Shown: positions 10,481-18,872 of the stretch, piece after piece
Layout of the letters: every line of letters starts with the position of its first letter
Position numbering within the stretch: the stretch's first letter is position 1
DNA from: an uncultured Gammaproteobacteria bacterium
GTDB taxonomy: Bacteria > Patescibacteriota > Microgenomatia > 2-02-FULL-39-11
Length of the DNA stretch: 64,000 bases
Assembly (NCBI GenBank): GCA_964446235.1
Contig: CAYUNW010000003.1
Coordinates: 7,182-71,181 of the forward strand
Reading direction: 5' to 3'
Notes under the pieces: generated by a model
Database searches by the model: none
Seen by the model: the letters and a program-made list of their open reading frames with translations, nothing else
Told to the model about the DNA's origin: nothing
Position numbers and translations under genes: made by a program

Positions 10481-10918
10481 ATGAGAATTATCAACAAAAA
10501 AGCCCGTTTTGATTTTGAGATTTTGAACGAATATGAAACCGGTATTCAGTTAAACGGAGCAGAAGTAAAATCAGCCAAAAACGGTAAAATAAGTCTTGAT
10601 GGAGCATTTGTCAAAATAGTCGGTACGGAAATATTTCTTTTAAACGCTCAAATCCATCCGTATTTTTATGCCAGAACAGAAAATATTGATACCAAAAGAA
10701 CCAGGAAGCTTCTTATGCACAAAAAAGAGATTTTATCACTTAAAAACAAAATAGATACCCAGCGTTTGACCTTGGTTCCTTTGGAATGCTATAATCGCAA
10801 AGGCTTTGTGAAGCTGAAAATCGGTTTGGCAAGAGGTTTGAAGAAATACGAGAAGCGGGAAAAGATAAAAAAAGAAGATATTAAAAGACAAGTAGAAAGA
10901 GAGTTAAGAGGAAAATAA
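10481..10918 (+). CDS. smpB: SsrA-binding protein
   Basis: NKKARFDFEIL..GAEVKS..G..SL.GAFV and RKLLMHKKEI are typical of SmpB. It lies directly upstream of tmRNA. Confidence 0.95.
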   Translation: MRIINKKARFDFEILNEYETGIQLNGAEVKSAKNGKISLDGAFVKIVGTEIFLLNAQIHPYFYARTENIDTKRTRKLLMHKKEILSLKNKIDTQRLTLVPLECYNRKGFVKLKIGLARGLKKYEKREKIKKEDIKRQVERELRGK

Positions 10919-10934
10919 GTTGAAGTTTGAAATA

Positions 10935-11335
10935 GGGGATGCTTTGATCGACGGGAATGCACTTTGAAAAACAGCAAGCCGACTTTGATATACAGTCGTA
11001 AAACAAATATTGAAAAATAAATGCTAATAAAATAGCAGACAGGCTTTTTGCTTTAAACACCCTTACAGGTGGAAGGCAATTAGCTTATGCAACTGCTTGA
11101 ATAAAGTAGTTAGCATACGCTAGCAGTACTTTCTTCCGGTGAGGTAGGGCTAGTGTTTATTTAGCCGGAACGTCAGGTATCAATTGATTCGCTTGATACC
11201 GGAGAGAAAAAGAATCAAACTTTTTTTGGTTTATTTGTCGGTTATTGCCAAAAAAAGTAAATAAACCGACTAAGCTTGTAGAAGTTTTTTGAAAAGCTTC
11301 TTCGGACTCCGCCTCACTGGCGGACATCTCCACCA
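10935..11335 (+). ncRNA. ssrA: tmRNA (transfer-messenger RNA)
   Basis: The 5' end GGGGAUGCUUUGAUCGACGGG pairs with the 3' end AUCUCCACCA, including the G3:U pair. Putative tag frame 11023-11100 (ANKIADRLFALNTLTGGRQLAYATA*). Located after smpB. Confidence 0.85.
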
Positions 11336-11358
11336 GAAATTTGTAAATTGTATAATCA

Positions 11359-11384
11359 AGACAGCTTTAAAAGGCTGTCTTTTT
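11359..11384 (+). terminator. Intrinsic terminator after ssrA
   Basis: AGACAGC-tttaaaag-GCTGTCT hairpin followed by a TTTT run. Confidence 0.6.
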
Positions 11385-12050
11385 ATGAATTTATTCGATT
11401 TTATATTTCCCAAAAGGTGTGTCGGATGCAATCGTATCGGACGGTATCTTTGTCAAAGATGTATTCATGATTTGGAGAAAATTGATTTTCCGATTTGTCC
11501 GGTATGCGGAAAAAATGCAATTGGAGGATTCACGCATACAGGCTGTCATCGGCAGTATTCGCTTGACGGTTTATTTGCCGGTATAAGGTATCAGGGGATT
11601 GGTAAAAAATTGATTCATTCTTTAAAATATAAATCTGTTTACGATATATCAAAAACAATTGTCCAATTATTTTGGGAAAATGTCGGAAATGAATTGCCTT
11701 TTGTTGATTTTATTGTCCCCGTGCCGCTTCATAGAAAAAGACAGTTAGAAAGGGGATTTAACCAGAGTTTGTATCTAGGGAAAATATTATCCAGAAAAAT
11801 AAATATTCCATTGAGAAATATATTAGAAAGATCGGTAAATACCATACCTCAAGTTAGTTTTAAAAGAGATAAGCGTTTGAAAAATGTACGAAATTCATTC
11901 AAACTACGAGATAAAGCATATATCAAAGGGAAAATTATCGGTCTTGTAGATGATGTATCTACAACACAAGCTACATTATCGGAATGCGGAAATGTTTTGA
12001 AAAGAAACGGAGCCTTGAAAGTTTACGGAATGGTTATGGCTCATGGTTAG
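11385..12050 (+). CDS. comF: ComF-family phosphoribosyltransferase-fold protein
   Basis: N-terminal Zn-ribbon Cys pairs (CVGC..CQRC..CPVC) and a PRTase motif (IGLVDDVSTTQAT). The upstream part of the track ORF (11289-11384) overlaps tmRNA and is rejected. Confidence 0.8.
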   Translation: MNLFDFIFPKRCVGCNRIGRYLCQRCIHDLEKIDFPICPVCGKNAIGGFTHTGCHRQYSLDGLFAGIRYQGIGKKLIHSLKYKSVYDISKTIVQLFWENVGNELPFVDFIVPVPLHRKRQLERGFNQSLYLGKILSRKINIPLRNILERSVNTIPQVSFKRDKRLKNVRNSFKLRDKAYIKGKIIGLVDDVSTTQATLSECGNVLKRNGALKVYGMVMAHG

Positions 12051-12098
12051 AAGGTGATAAGCAAGAATTGATTTGATATAATCTGAAAGCGTGAATAT

Positions 12099-12185
12099 GG
12101 AGACGTCGCATAGTTGGTCCATTGCGAGGGTTTGCTAAACCCTTGAGCCGTAAGGCTCGCGTGGGTTCGAATCCCACCGTCTCCG
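12099..12185 (+). tRNA. tRNA-Ser (anticodon GCU)
   Basis: Hand-folded cloverleaf with 7-bp acceptor GGAGACG/CGTCTCC, anticodon loop TTGCTAA, long variable arm, and T-loop GGTTCGAATCC. Confidence 0.9.
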
Positions 12186-12206
12186 CACTTCGGCAAGCTC
12201 AGTGCT

Positions 12207-12512
12207 TTGCTTAAATACAAAATGACCTGGTATGTATATATTCTTCTTTGCGATCAGCAAACTTTTTACGTAGGCATTACTTCAGATATTGAAAAAAGAT
12301 TCCATAAACATAAATTGGGACTATCATTATTTACTAAAAAGTTTGCTGATATAAAGCTTGTTTATAAAGAAGAATTTAATAGTAAAGAAAAAGCATCAAG
12401 AAGAGAACTTCAACTAAAAAGGTGGTCACACGCAAAGAAGAAAGCGTTGATTGAGGGTAAAATACTTCAACTTCAAAATCTAGCAAGAAGCACTGGGTTT
12501 GGCGGAGTATGA
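12207..12512 (+). CDS. GIY-YIG nuclease-family small protein
   Basis: WYVYILLC..TFYVGIT..IEKRFHKH matches the GIY..YIG core. The start could be 12222. Confidence 0.8.
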   Translation: MLKYKMTWYVYILLCDQQTFYVGITSDIEKRFHKHKLGLSLFTKKFADIKLVYKEEFNSKEKASRRELQLKRWSHAKKKALIEGKILQLQNLARSTGFGGV

Positions 12513-12548
12513 AGTGGGATGAGAAGTATACAGTGAGCTCGTCGAACT

Positions 12549-12565
12549 GAATCCCACCGTCTCCG
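12549..12565 (+). repeat. Exact 17-nt copy of the tRNA-Ser(GCU) 3' end
   Basis: gaatcccaccgtctccg occurs at 12169-12185 and again at 12549-12565, bracketing the GIY-YIG ORF. Confidence 0.85.
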
Positions 12566-12687
12566 TATTTTCTGATAAAGGTTAAAAATATAGGTCGTTC
12601 CACAGTCTCAAAACTTACTTCAGGTTCTAACACTGTAACGGGTGGTGTTTTTCTATGAATTCAATTCAGATATAATATTCTTTTGTT

Positions 12688-13041
12688 ATGCATGAAATGC
12701 CAGTTATAAAAGAAATAATGAAAACGGTTAAAAGATATGCGAGAAAGAAATCGATTAGAAAAGTATCAAAAATCAACTTGGTGGTTGGTGAATTATCCAG
12801 TATCGTTGACGATTCTATGGAATATTACTTTCAAATCCTCAGTAAGAGCACAGTTGCTGAAAATGCTGTATTATCAATAAAAAGAACTCAAGCGATTGCT
12901 GTATGTAGTGTATGTAATTCAAAAATACCAACTTCATTACCTCTTCCTGATTCATGCTGTAAATGTCAGAGCAAGAATATTAAAATAGACGGTGGTTTGG
13001 AATTCTTTATTGATAGTATCGAGGTTGAAGATGAAAATTAG
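12688..13041 (+). CDS. hypA: Hydrogenase/urease nickel-insertion protein HypA
   Basis: MHEM N-terminus, CSVC..CCKC zinc site, ..IDSIEVE end. Confidence 0.85.
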   Translation: MHEMPVIKEIMKTVKRYARKKSIRKVSKINLVVGELSSIVDDSMEYYFQILSKSTVAENAVLSIKRTQAIAVCSVCNSKIPTSLPLPDSCCKCQSKNIKIDGGLEFFIDSIEVEDEN

Positions 13042-13666
13042 TATCAAAAAGCAGATATTTGAAGGTAACGATAAGGTCGCCCAAAGGAACAGGAAGATAT
13101 TTGATTCCCATAAAATTAAGGCGTTTAATATCATGGCTTCACCCGGAGCCGGAAAGACGAGTGTCATTCTTACCTTGGCAAAGCGGTTAAAACCAGATTT
13201 CCATATTGGCGTTATTGAGGGTGATATCGCTTCCCGGATAGATACAGATAAAATTATTAAAGAAGGATACCCGGCAGTACAAATAAATACAGGAGGTAAC
13301 TGTCACCTTGATGCAGTTATGGTTCAGAAAGCGATGGATAAATTACCCCTAAACAAGATCAATTTGCTATTTATAGAAAACGTAGGTAATCTCGTTTGTC
13401 CTGCTAATTTCAAATTAGGCACCCATAAAAATATTGTTATAGCATCTGTTCCTGAAGGTAGTGATAAACCGTATAAATATCCGGGGATGTTTGTTAAAGC
13501 TGATGCAATAATATTAAATAAAATAGACTTGATAAAGGTATTTGAATTTGATCTCAAATATTTTACTCATGGTTTGAATTCAATTAATCCTAAAGCTCCT
13601 TTATTTCTAGTTTCATGTAAGAAGATAAGCGGATTGAATAAAATGACCAATTGGATTACGGAATAA
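13031..13666 (+). CDS. hypB: Nickel-dependent GTPase HypB
   Basis: P-loop SPGAGKTS and ENVGNLVCP. ATG at 13031 overlaps the hypA stop by 11 nt. Confidence 0.9.
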   Translation: MKISIKKQIFEGNDKVAQRNRKIFDSHKIKAFNIMASPGAGKTSVILTLAKRLKPDFHIGVIEGDIASRIDTDKIIKEGYPAVQINTGGNCHLDAVMVQKAMDKLPLNKINLLFIENVGNLVCPANFKLGTHKNIVIASVPEGSDKPYKYPGMFVKADAIILNKIDLIKVFEFDLKYFTHGLNSINPKAPLFLVSCKKISGLNKMTNWITE

Positions 13667-13736
13667 GGACAGAAATTAAGTTTTTATATGGTGCCCAGTA
13701 GATTTTTATTTAATAAATTGGATAAGTAATTTATTA

Positions 13737-13970
13737 TTAATTTGGTATACAAGCCATCATCGTGCACATAACTCGGCCTTGTTGGCAACCGCAACTATTA
13801 CATCCGTCCGAAGCAGGGAAAGAATCTCCATCTTTATATTTTTTTCCTTCATAAACACAACTTTTAGGAATAATATTATTGATTGTTGGTATTATGTCAC
13901 GGATGAAATATCCTGATAAAAATCCAATGATAAGTGACCCTATGATGATGAAGGTAATATATTTTTTCAT
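13737..13970 (-). CDS. Small membrane-anchored Cys-rich protein (VWC-like cysteine spacing)
   Basis: N-terminal TM followed by CVYEGKKYKDGDSFPASDGCNSCGCQQGRVMCTMMAC. Confidence 0.5.
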   Translation of the reverse strand: MKKYITFIIIGSLIIGFLSGYFIRDIIPTINNIIPKSCVYEGKKYKDGDSFPASDGCNSCGCQQGRVMCTMMACIPN

Positions 13971-14100
13971 ATACTTTGTATTATATCAGATAGTTAATTT
14001 GATTTAGGCCTCATCTGAATAATTCGTAATATGAAATTCTGTTATTATATACATAATATTTTATCTGGATTTGTAATTTATTTGGTAATATAATAGGTAT

Positions 14101-14631
14101 ATGGTTTCTACTGTCCAAACATCTGCTAATTTTAAAGAGGATTTAAACGCTGTGCTATTGTTTTTCAAAGGCCCTTCCCATCCTTTCAAAAAAAGAAACA
14201 AGATTTTTTATCAGACTGTTGCTGCTATTACTTTTCTATTGAGTGTTATCGTATTTTTCATGCATGAATGGATCCTGATTGGTGTAATTTTATCGGTCGC
14301 TTTTGTCATCTATGTGATATCAACCGTGCCTCCGATAGATGTGGAACATAAATTTACTCCTCTAGGAGTAGAAAATGCCGGTGCTTTTTACCGGTGGATC
14401 GAATTGTATGCTTTCTGGTTTGAAAAAAAATGGGATTATGAGATATTAGTACTACAAACAAGATTGCCTATGCCGGCTCAGCTGAGAATTGTTTTGAAAG
14501 ACACTTCAAAAGATAAAGTGAAAGATATCATCGGAAAATACCTTCTTTATTATGAAAACCCACCAAAATCTTTCATTGACAATGTATCTGACTGGTTTTC
14601 GACAAAATTTCCTCTAGAGCCGATTACTTAA
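14101..14631 (+). CDS. Hypothetical membrane protein
   Basis: 176 aa with two central TM helices. No motif recognised. Confidence 0.4.
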   Translation: MVSTVQTSANFKEDLNAVLLFFKGPSHPFKKRNKIFYQTVAAITFLLSVIVFFMHEWILIGVILSVAFVIYVISTVPPIDVEHKFTPLGVENAGAFYRWIELYAFWFEKKWDYEILVLQTRLPMPAQLRIVLKDTSKDKVKDIIGKYLLYYENPPKSFIDNVSDWFSTKFPLEPIT

Positions 14632-14689
14632 TTACTTCATTTGGTTAAAACTAACCTAAATAATATAATATAGATTGGATTATTGTCGT

Positions 14690-14761
14690 GCGGCCATAGC
14701 TTAACGGATAGAGTAGAAGCTTGCGGAGCTTCTGGTCCCAGTTCGATTCTGGGTGGCCGCG
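14690..14761 (+). tRNA. tRNA-Arg (anticodon GCG)
   Basis: Acceptor GCGGCCA/TGGCCGC, anticodon stem GAAGC/GCTTC with loop TTGCGGA, T-loop AGTTCGATTCT. Confidence 0.85.
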
Positions 14762-14770
14762 CATTATATT

Positions 14771-14857
14771 GGAGGGATGCCGGAGCGGTTAAACGGCCAG
14801 GTCTCGAAAACCTTGGGGGATGAAAGTCCCACGTGGGTTCGAATCCCACTTCCTCCG
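14771..14857 (+). tRNA. tRNA-Ser (anticodon CGA)
   Basis: Acceptor GGAGGGA/TTCCTCC, anticodon loop CTCGAAA, long variable arm, T-loop GGTTCGAATCC. Confidence 0.85.
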
Positions 14858-14859
14858 CT

Positions 14860-15327
14860 ATGAAAAGAGAATTTTCTGCAGGTGGAATTGTTTATCAAAA
14901 AGTCAAAAGTCAAAAGTCAAAAGTCAAAAGTGACCTTTTATGGCTTGTTTGTCAGCATAGTCATCATAAAGGGTGGGTTTTCCCCAAAGGTTTAATTGGC
15001 GATCATAAAAAGGGAGAGTCAAGTGTTGATACGGCTGTCAGGGAAGTAGAGGAGGAGACGGGTGTGAAGGCAAAAATTATCACGAAATTACCAAAACCAG
15101 CTACTTATTTTTATGTTTGGGATAAAGAGAAAAGATTCAAAACTGTTATTTATTATCTAATGGAGTATGTATCTGAAGATGAAAAAAAGAAAGATAAAGA
15201 GATGAGCGCTGTAGAATGGCTCGATGAGGGTGAAATGAAAATTAGATTATCTTATAAATCAGACAAATTTGCTTTTGAGGAAGCACTGAAATTATTTAAT
15301 AATAATTCAAACGCGCCCATAGCTTAA
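14860..15327 (+). CDS. NUDIX hydrolase
   Basis: Nudix box GWVFPKGLIGDHKKGESSVDTAVREVEEETGV. The start is 3 nt after tRNA-Ser, and the last 15 nt overlap tRNA-Arg(CCG). Confidence 0.85.
   Translation: MKREFSAGGIVYQKVKSQKSKVKSDLLWLVCQHSHHKGWVFPKGLIGDHKKGESSVDTAVREVEEETGVKAKIITKLPKPATYFYVWDKEKRFKTVIYYLMEYVSEDEKKKDKEMSAVEWLDEGEMKIRLSYKSDKFAFEEALKLFNNNSNAPIA
14898..14931 (+). repeat. Heptanucleotide tandem repeat (AAAAGTC, about 4.9 copies) inside the NUDIX 5' region
   Basis: Period-7 repeat read directly from the sequence. It encodes KVKSQKSKVKS. Confidence 0.9.
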
Positions 15328-15384
15328 TGGATAGAGTAGCGGTTTCCGGAACCGCTGATGCCAGTTCGATTCTGGCTGGGCGTA
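15313..15384 (+). tRNA. tRNA-Arg (anticodon CCG)
   Basis: Acceptor GCGCCCA/TGGGCGT, anticodon stem GCGGT/ACCGC with loop TTCCGGA, T-loop AGTTCGATTCT. Confidence 0.85.
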
Positions 15385-15388
15385 CAAA

Positions 15389-15988
15389 ATGAAAAGTCAA
15401 AAGTCAAAAGTCAAAAGTCAAAAATTAGTTGATTTCATTTTTGAAGCCAGCACTTTAACCAGACTTAAAAGGACCGGTTGGCAAATTCTGGGAGCAGGTA
15501 ATTCGGAAACCATAGCCAGTCATACATTTATGGTTTCGATTATCAGTTTAGTTCTCGGGCAAATTATGAAAGCAAATATTGAAAAAGTCCTACTCATGTC
15601 CCTTTTACATGATTTTTCCGAAACAAGAACCGGTGATATTTATAAACTGGCTGATTATTATGTCAGCGCCAATACCCCAAAAGCGGATTTTGACTCCTTT
15701 TCCAATCTGCAAGATAGCCAGATATTTTTTTCACTAATTGAAGAATGTCATCTTAAAAAAAGTCTGGAAGCTCAAATTGTCAGTGACGCTGATGTATTAG
15801 CTTTAATCATAGAGCTTAAAATTTTAATCGAAAACGGTAACACTAACGCAAAAGAATGGTTAGATGCTAATCTGAACTTTTTGAAACTTGAAGAGTCGAA
15901 AAAATTAGGAATAGAAATCCAAAAAGGCAATTCTCAAAGATGGTGGGAGAAATACCGTAAACTGATTCACAAATCTACTGCAAAATAA
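15389..15988 (+). CDS. HD-domain phosphohydrolase (YfbR-like)
   Basis: H..HDFSETRTGD.. metal-binding pattern. Confidence 0.75.
   Translation: MKSQKSKVKSQKLVDFIFEASTLTRLKRTGWQILGAGNSETIASHTFMVSIISLVLGQIMKANIEKVLLMSLLHDFSETRTGDIYKLADYYVSANTPKADFDSFSNLQDSQIFFSLIEECHLKKSLEAQIVSDADVLALIIELKILIENGNTNAKEWLDANLNFLKLEESKKLGIEIQKGNSQRWWEKYRKLIHKSTAK
15392..15423 (+). repeat. Heptanucleotide tandem repeat (AAAAGTC, about 4.6 copies) at codons 2-12 of the HD gene
   Basis: Same unit as at 14898-14931. It begins immediately after the ATG. Confidence 0.9.
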
Positions 15989-16004
15989 TATAATTAAAGC
16001 CTTT

Positions 16005-16092
16005 GGAGAGGTCGCATAGTTGGTCTAGTGCGTTCGCTTGGAGAGCGAATACCACCGTAAGGTGGTCGCGAGTTCGAATCTCGCCCTCTCCG
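16005..16092 (+). tRNA. tRNA-Ser (anticodon GGA)
   Basis: Acceptor GGAGAGG/CCTCTCC, anticodon stem TTCGC/GCGAA with loop TTGGAGA, long variable arm, T-loop AGTTCGAATCT. Confidence 0.9.
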
Positions 16093-16196
16093 CACTGTTT
16101 GTTAATATTTTTGGTCCATATAAACGACATGCTTTTATTTACAGCTAAGTGGATATTATTTAAGCGATAGACAGACTCATTTAAGACATTTTATAT

Positions 16197-17198
16197 ATGA
16201 AGTTATCATCCGTTGATGTTTTGCTGACAAATTTTTGCAATCAAAGTTGCCCATTTTGTTTTGCCAGATTAGAAATGGCAAACTCCAAGAAAAAACAGAT
16301 GTTATATAAGGATTTTCGTTTTTTAGTGGCTAAACTTAGAGAAGCTCAGGCGGACTCGATAAATTTTTTGGGGGGTGAACCGACGTTGCATAAAGAATTT
16401 CCAAAAATTTTGGAATTAGCAATGAAAAATTTTATATTTGTCCGTATTTTTACAAACGGTATTTTCCCCAAAAATTCCAAACAGATAATCAGAAAGTACT
16501 TAAAAAGAATATATTTGAATTTTAACGTCAGTACACCGTCTTTTATAAATCAACCTAATATACGAGAGATTGTAATGAATAATATTTCGGAGTTTGTAGG
16601 TAAAACACAGGTTACTTTGGCTGTAACAGACGTTTTTCAGAACAATATGATAAAAAATAATGTATTTGCAAAATTTGATAGAGATATTATAAAAAAAGCA
16701 AATATCAGAATCGGCATCATGACTCCGATTGTAAATGATAAAAATCTTATTACCATAGAAGATTTCCCAAATATCGGAAACAATATCTGTCCGTTAATAA
16801 AATATTTAGAAGAGATAGGTCCTCCAAGGAGGATCGGTTTTAACACCGGTATGACTCCCTGTATGTTTAACGTTAATCAACGTAAGTTTTTGGCTGATAG
16901 GGGAATATCCATAAAACCTGATTGTCATTTGGGGTTTAATGATGTTTGGTTCAATGTGTCTACCGATTTATCGACGTTTAAGTGTTTTCCGTTATCTTCA
17001 ATAGATATTTTTAATATTACAAAAGATACTGATTTGAAGAAACTGCGTCTAAAATACCTTAATTTACAAAAGAGATACAATAAAATTCATTTATTACACT
17101 GTGAAGATTGTCCGGTAGATAAAAAAATACCGTGTAACGGGCCATGTATTGCTTTCAGAATCAATTCGCATAATAATATAATTAAGAGGGCTAATTAA
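16197..17198 (+). CDS. Radical SAM protein with C-terminal SPASM/twitch-like Cys cluster
   Basis: CNQSCPFC (CxxxCxxC) at residues 14-21, GGEPTL, and C-terminal HCEDCPVDKKIPCNGPC plus further Cys residues. Confidence 0.8.
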   Translation: MKLSSVDVLLTNFCNQSCPFCFARLEMANSKKKQMLYKDFRFLVAKLREAQADSINFLGGEPTLHKEFPKILELAMKNFIFVRIFTNGIFPKNSKQIIRKYLKRIYLNFNVSTPSFINQPNIREIVMNNISEFVGKTQVTLAVTDVFQNNMIKNNVFAKFDRDIIKKANIRIGIMTPIVNDKNLITIEDFPNIGNNICPLIKYLEEIGPPRRIGFNTGMTPCMFNVNQRKFLADRGISIKPDCHLGFNDVWFNVSTDLSTFKCFPLSSIDIFNITKDTDLKKLRLKYLNLQKRYNKIHLLHCEDCPVDKKIPCNGPCIAFRINSHNNIIKRAN

Positions 17199-17207
17199 AT
17201 ATATTAT

Positions 17208-17759
17208 ATGCGTATACTTAAAATTTCATTTTTACTGATAATTTTTATTGTAGCTTTAGAAACAGGAGTATTGATATATTTATACTATAAAAAACCTGAA
17301 ACAACATCGATTCAAAATGTTCCATTAGGAAAAACCGGTTTTGAAGCCAACACTATGAAAGCTTGGCTTTATAATGCTATTGACAGTATTCCTACCGATA
17401 CAGCAGTTCATCCAGATGCTTATGCTGTTGACAGCATAAAAGCATATTTTCACGCTTCTGCCAATTTCCGTAAAAAAATGCTATTAAGCATATCGGATAC
17501 AGGTAAGATAACCGCTCTAGATTTGGGTAAAAACATCGTTACATTACAATCTTTGGAAGGAGAAAAAATTGATACTTTTAAATTACCAACGGACGAGATA
17601 AATCAAATTACTAAGTATTATTTAATCGAGTCAAATTCCGGCAGTCAGAAAGATGCAAGTAAATCAGACATGAATATCGGTGATATAATTGAATTTAATT
17701 CAAACTATGATATGACTACGGGTAAATACACTTTAATGGATATCATAATAAAAAGATAA
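17208..17759 (+). CDS. Single-TM hypothetical protein
   Basis: 183 aa with an N-terminal TM. Coupled to the rSAM gene by a 9-nt gap. Confidence 0.4.
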   Translation: MRILKISFLLIIFIVALETGVLIYLYYKKPETTSIQNVPLGKTGFEANTMKAWLYNAIDSIPTDTAVHPDAYAVDSIKAYFHASANFRKKMLLSISDTGKITALDLGKNIVTLQSLEGEKIDTFKLPTDEINQITKYYLIESNSGSQKDASKSDMNIGDIIEFNSNYDMTTGKYTLMDIIIKR

Positions 17760-17761
17760 AA

Positions 17762-18018
17762 CATGAGAAAGAAAAAACAATATCAGAAACCTAAGGTAAA
17801 AATTCGTAAATTAAGTATCAATTTATTTATCAATGAACAGAATTTAAATTCTATGAATAGGATATTACTAGCTGCAGAACATCATTTAACATGAAAACCA
17901 AAAAAAATACCGAAAACCTAATGTTAAAATTCGTAAATTAAGCATCGATTTATTTATCAATGAATAGAATTTAAATTCTATGAATAGGATATTACTGGCT
18001 ACGGAACATCATTTGGAA
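17762..18018 (+). repeat. Tandem duplication (2 copies of about 128 bp) of the small-ORF region
   Basis: Copy 2 (17890-18018) aligns to copy 1 with scattered substitutions, one indel and a CAG-to-TAG change. The terminal MNRILLA(A/T)EHHL segment stays intact (17980-18024). Confidence 0.85.
17763..17894 (+). CDS. 43-aa small ORF, candidate precursor peptide
   Basis: MRKKKQYQKPKVKIRKLSINLFINEQNLNSMNRILLAAEHHLT. It starts 3 nt after the previous stop and is absent from the ORF track (below 60 aa). Confidence 0.4.
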   Translation: MRKKKQYQKPKVKIRKLSINLFINEQNLNSMNRILLAAEHHLT

Positions 18019-18026
18019 AAGTAAAA

Positions 18027-18872
18027 TCACTTAAAATAAATTTTTCTTGAAAGGCAACTTGGACAATTTCCACAATGAATATCAGAGTTTCTGTCGCAAC
18101 TGAAAGTTTTTGACAAGTCTAAACCGAAGTCTTGGGCAAAACGAACTAAATCATTTTTTGTATAATAAAAATTTTTAGCTTTTTCTACAGGTCCGCTCAA
18201 TTGCCATCTGTAATCACCCAATACCACGCAGAAAAACAGATTTATACTTCTAAGACATGTAAGGGTAGATTCTCTATTTACACGATTATTTTCCGGAATA
18301 AACCCGGTGAGTATTGTATTGACAGTTATACCTTTTTGATATTTCAAAAATAAGGCATATTCATAAATTCCGAATATATAATGCCCAAATCTAGCCGGAT
18401 TATTTGTGACGGAAACATAATCCTTTTTTGCTTGATGGTCGTGAATCAGATTAGGTAAGGAAGTTGGAAAATCATAAAAGATGTTTTTATCATTTTTAAT
18501 ATTTAGGAAGGAAAACAATTTATTGCCTTTTACTATAAAGACATCTTGATAATTTTTTGGAAATTTAGCTTTAAATAATTTGGAGTAATGACGTATAGAT
18601 TTTATCTGGCCGCTTCTTATATTTTTCCCAAAACAGAAATATACAGGATACACATTATAAGAGTATTTTTTCAGAAGCATATACCATAAACCGGTAGAAT
18701 CCAATCCTCCGGATAATGCTAAGATTACTGATGAGTTTTTCTTTGGCAGTTTGAAGGTATAATCTCTTTTATCAAGGAAAATTTGATCAATTTGTTTAAG
18801 TACTTTAGGATCTTCGAAATTGCCTTTTGAGCCAAATAGCACCTGATAATCCAAATTATAATTCATTTTCAT
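18027..18872 (-). CDS. QueC-like PP-loop ATPase
   Basis: LSGGLDSTG PP-loop and C-terminal zinc motif CGNCPSCLSRK, as in QueC. The rest is divergent. Confidence 0.6.
   Translation of the reverse strand: MKMNYNLDYQVLFGSKGNFEDPKVLKQIDQIFLDKRDYTFKLPKKNSSVILALSGGLDSTGLWYMLLKKYSYNVYPVYFCFGKNIRSGQIKSIRHYSKLFKAKFPKNYQDVFIVKGNKLFSFLNIKNDKNIFYDFPTSLPNLIHDHQAKKDYVSVTNNPARFGHYIFGIYEYALFLKYQKGITVNTILTGFIPENNRVNRESTLTCLRSINLFFCVVLGDYRWQLSGPVEKAKNFYYTKNDLVRFAQDFGLDLSKTFSCDRNSDIHCGNCPSCLSRKIYFK

Noticed and set aside
11289-11384. N-terminal extension of the ComF ORF. Similar extensions occur at 22502-22672 (surface-protein ORF) and 14833-14859 (NUDIX ORF).
   Set aside because: The extensions read through the tmRNA 3' end or through tRNA genes. 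Internal ATG codons give the conserved N-termini, and the surface-protein gene also has a clear RBS.
14637-14849. 70-aa minus-strand ORF.
   Set aside because: It is an antisense translation across tRNA-Arg(GCG) and tRNA-Ser(CGA), so the RNA genes explain the region.
14898-15423. The AAAAGTC repeats as a CRISPR-like or spacer-repeat array.
   Set aside because: The units are 7 nt, contiguous, without spacers, and lie inside coding sequence. They are simple-sequence repeats.
18027-18872. A canonical QueC role in queuosine or preQ0 synthesis.
   Set aside because: No queD, queE, queF or tgt genes are nearby. The gene is coupled in an operon with PqqD/HprK-like genes, and outside the PP-loop and zinc motif the sequence is divergent. 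It is therefore called QueC-like only.
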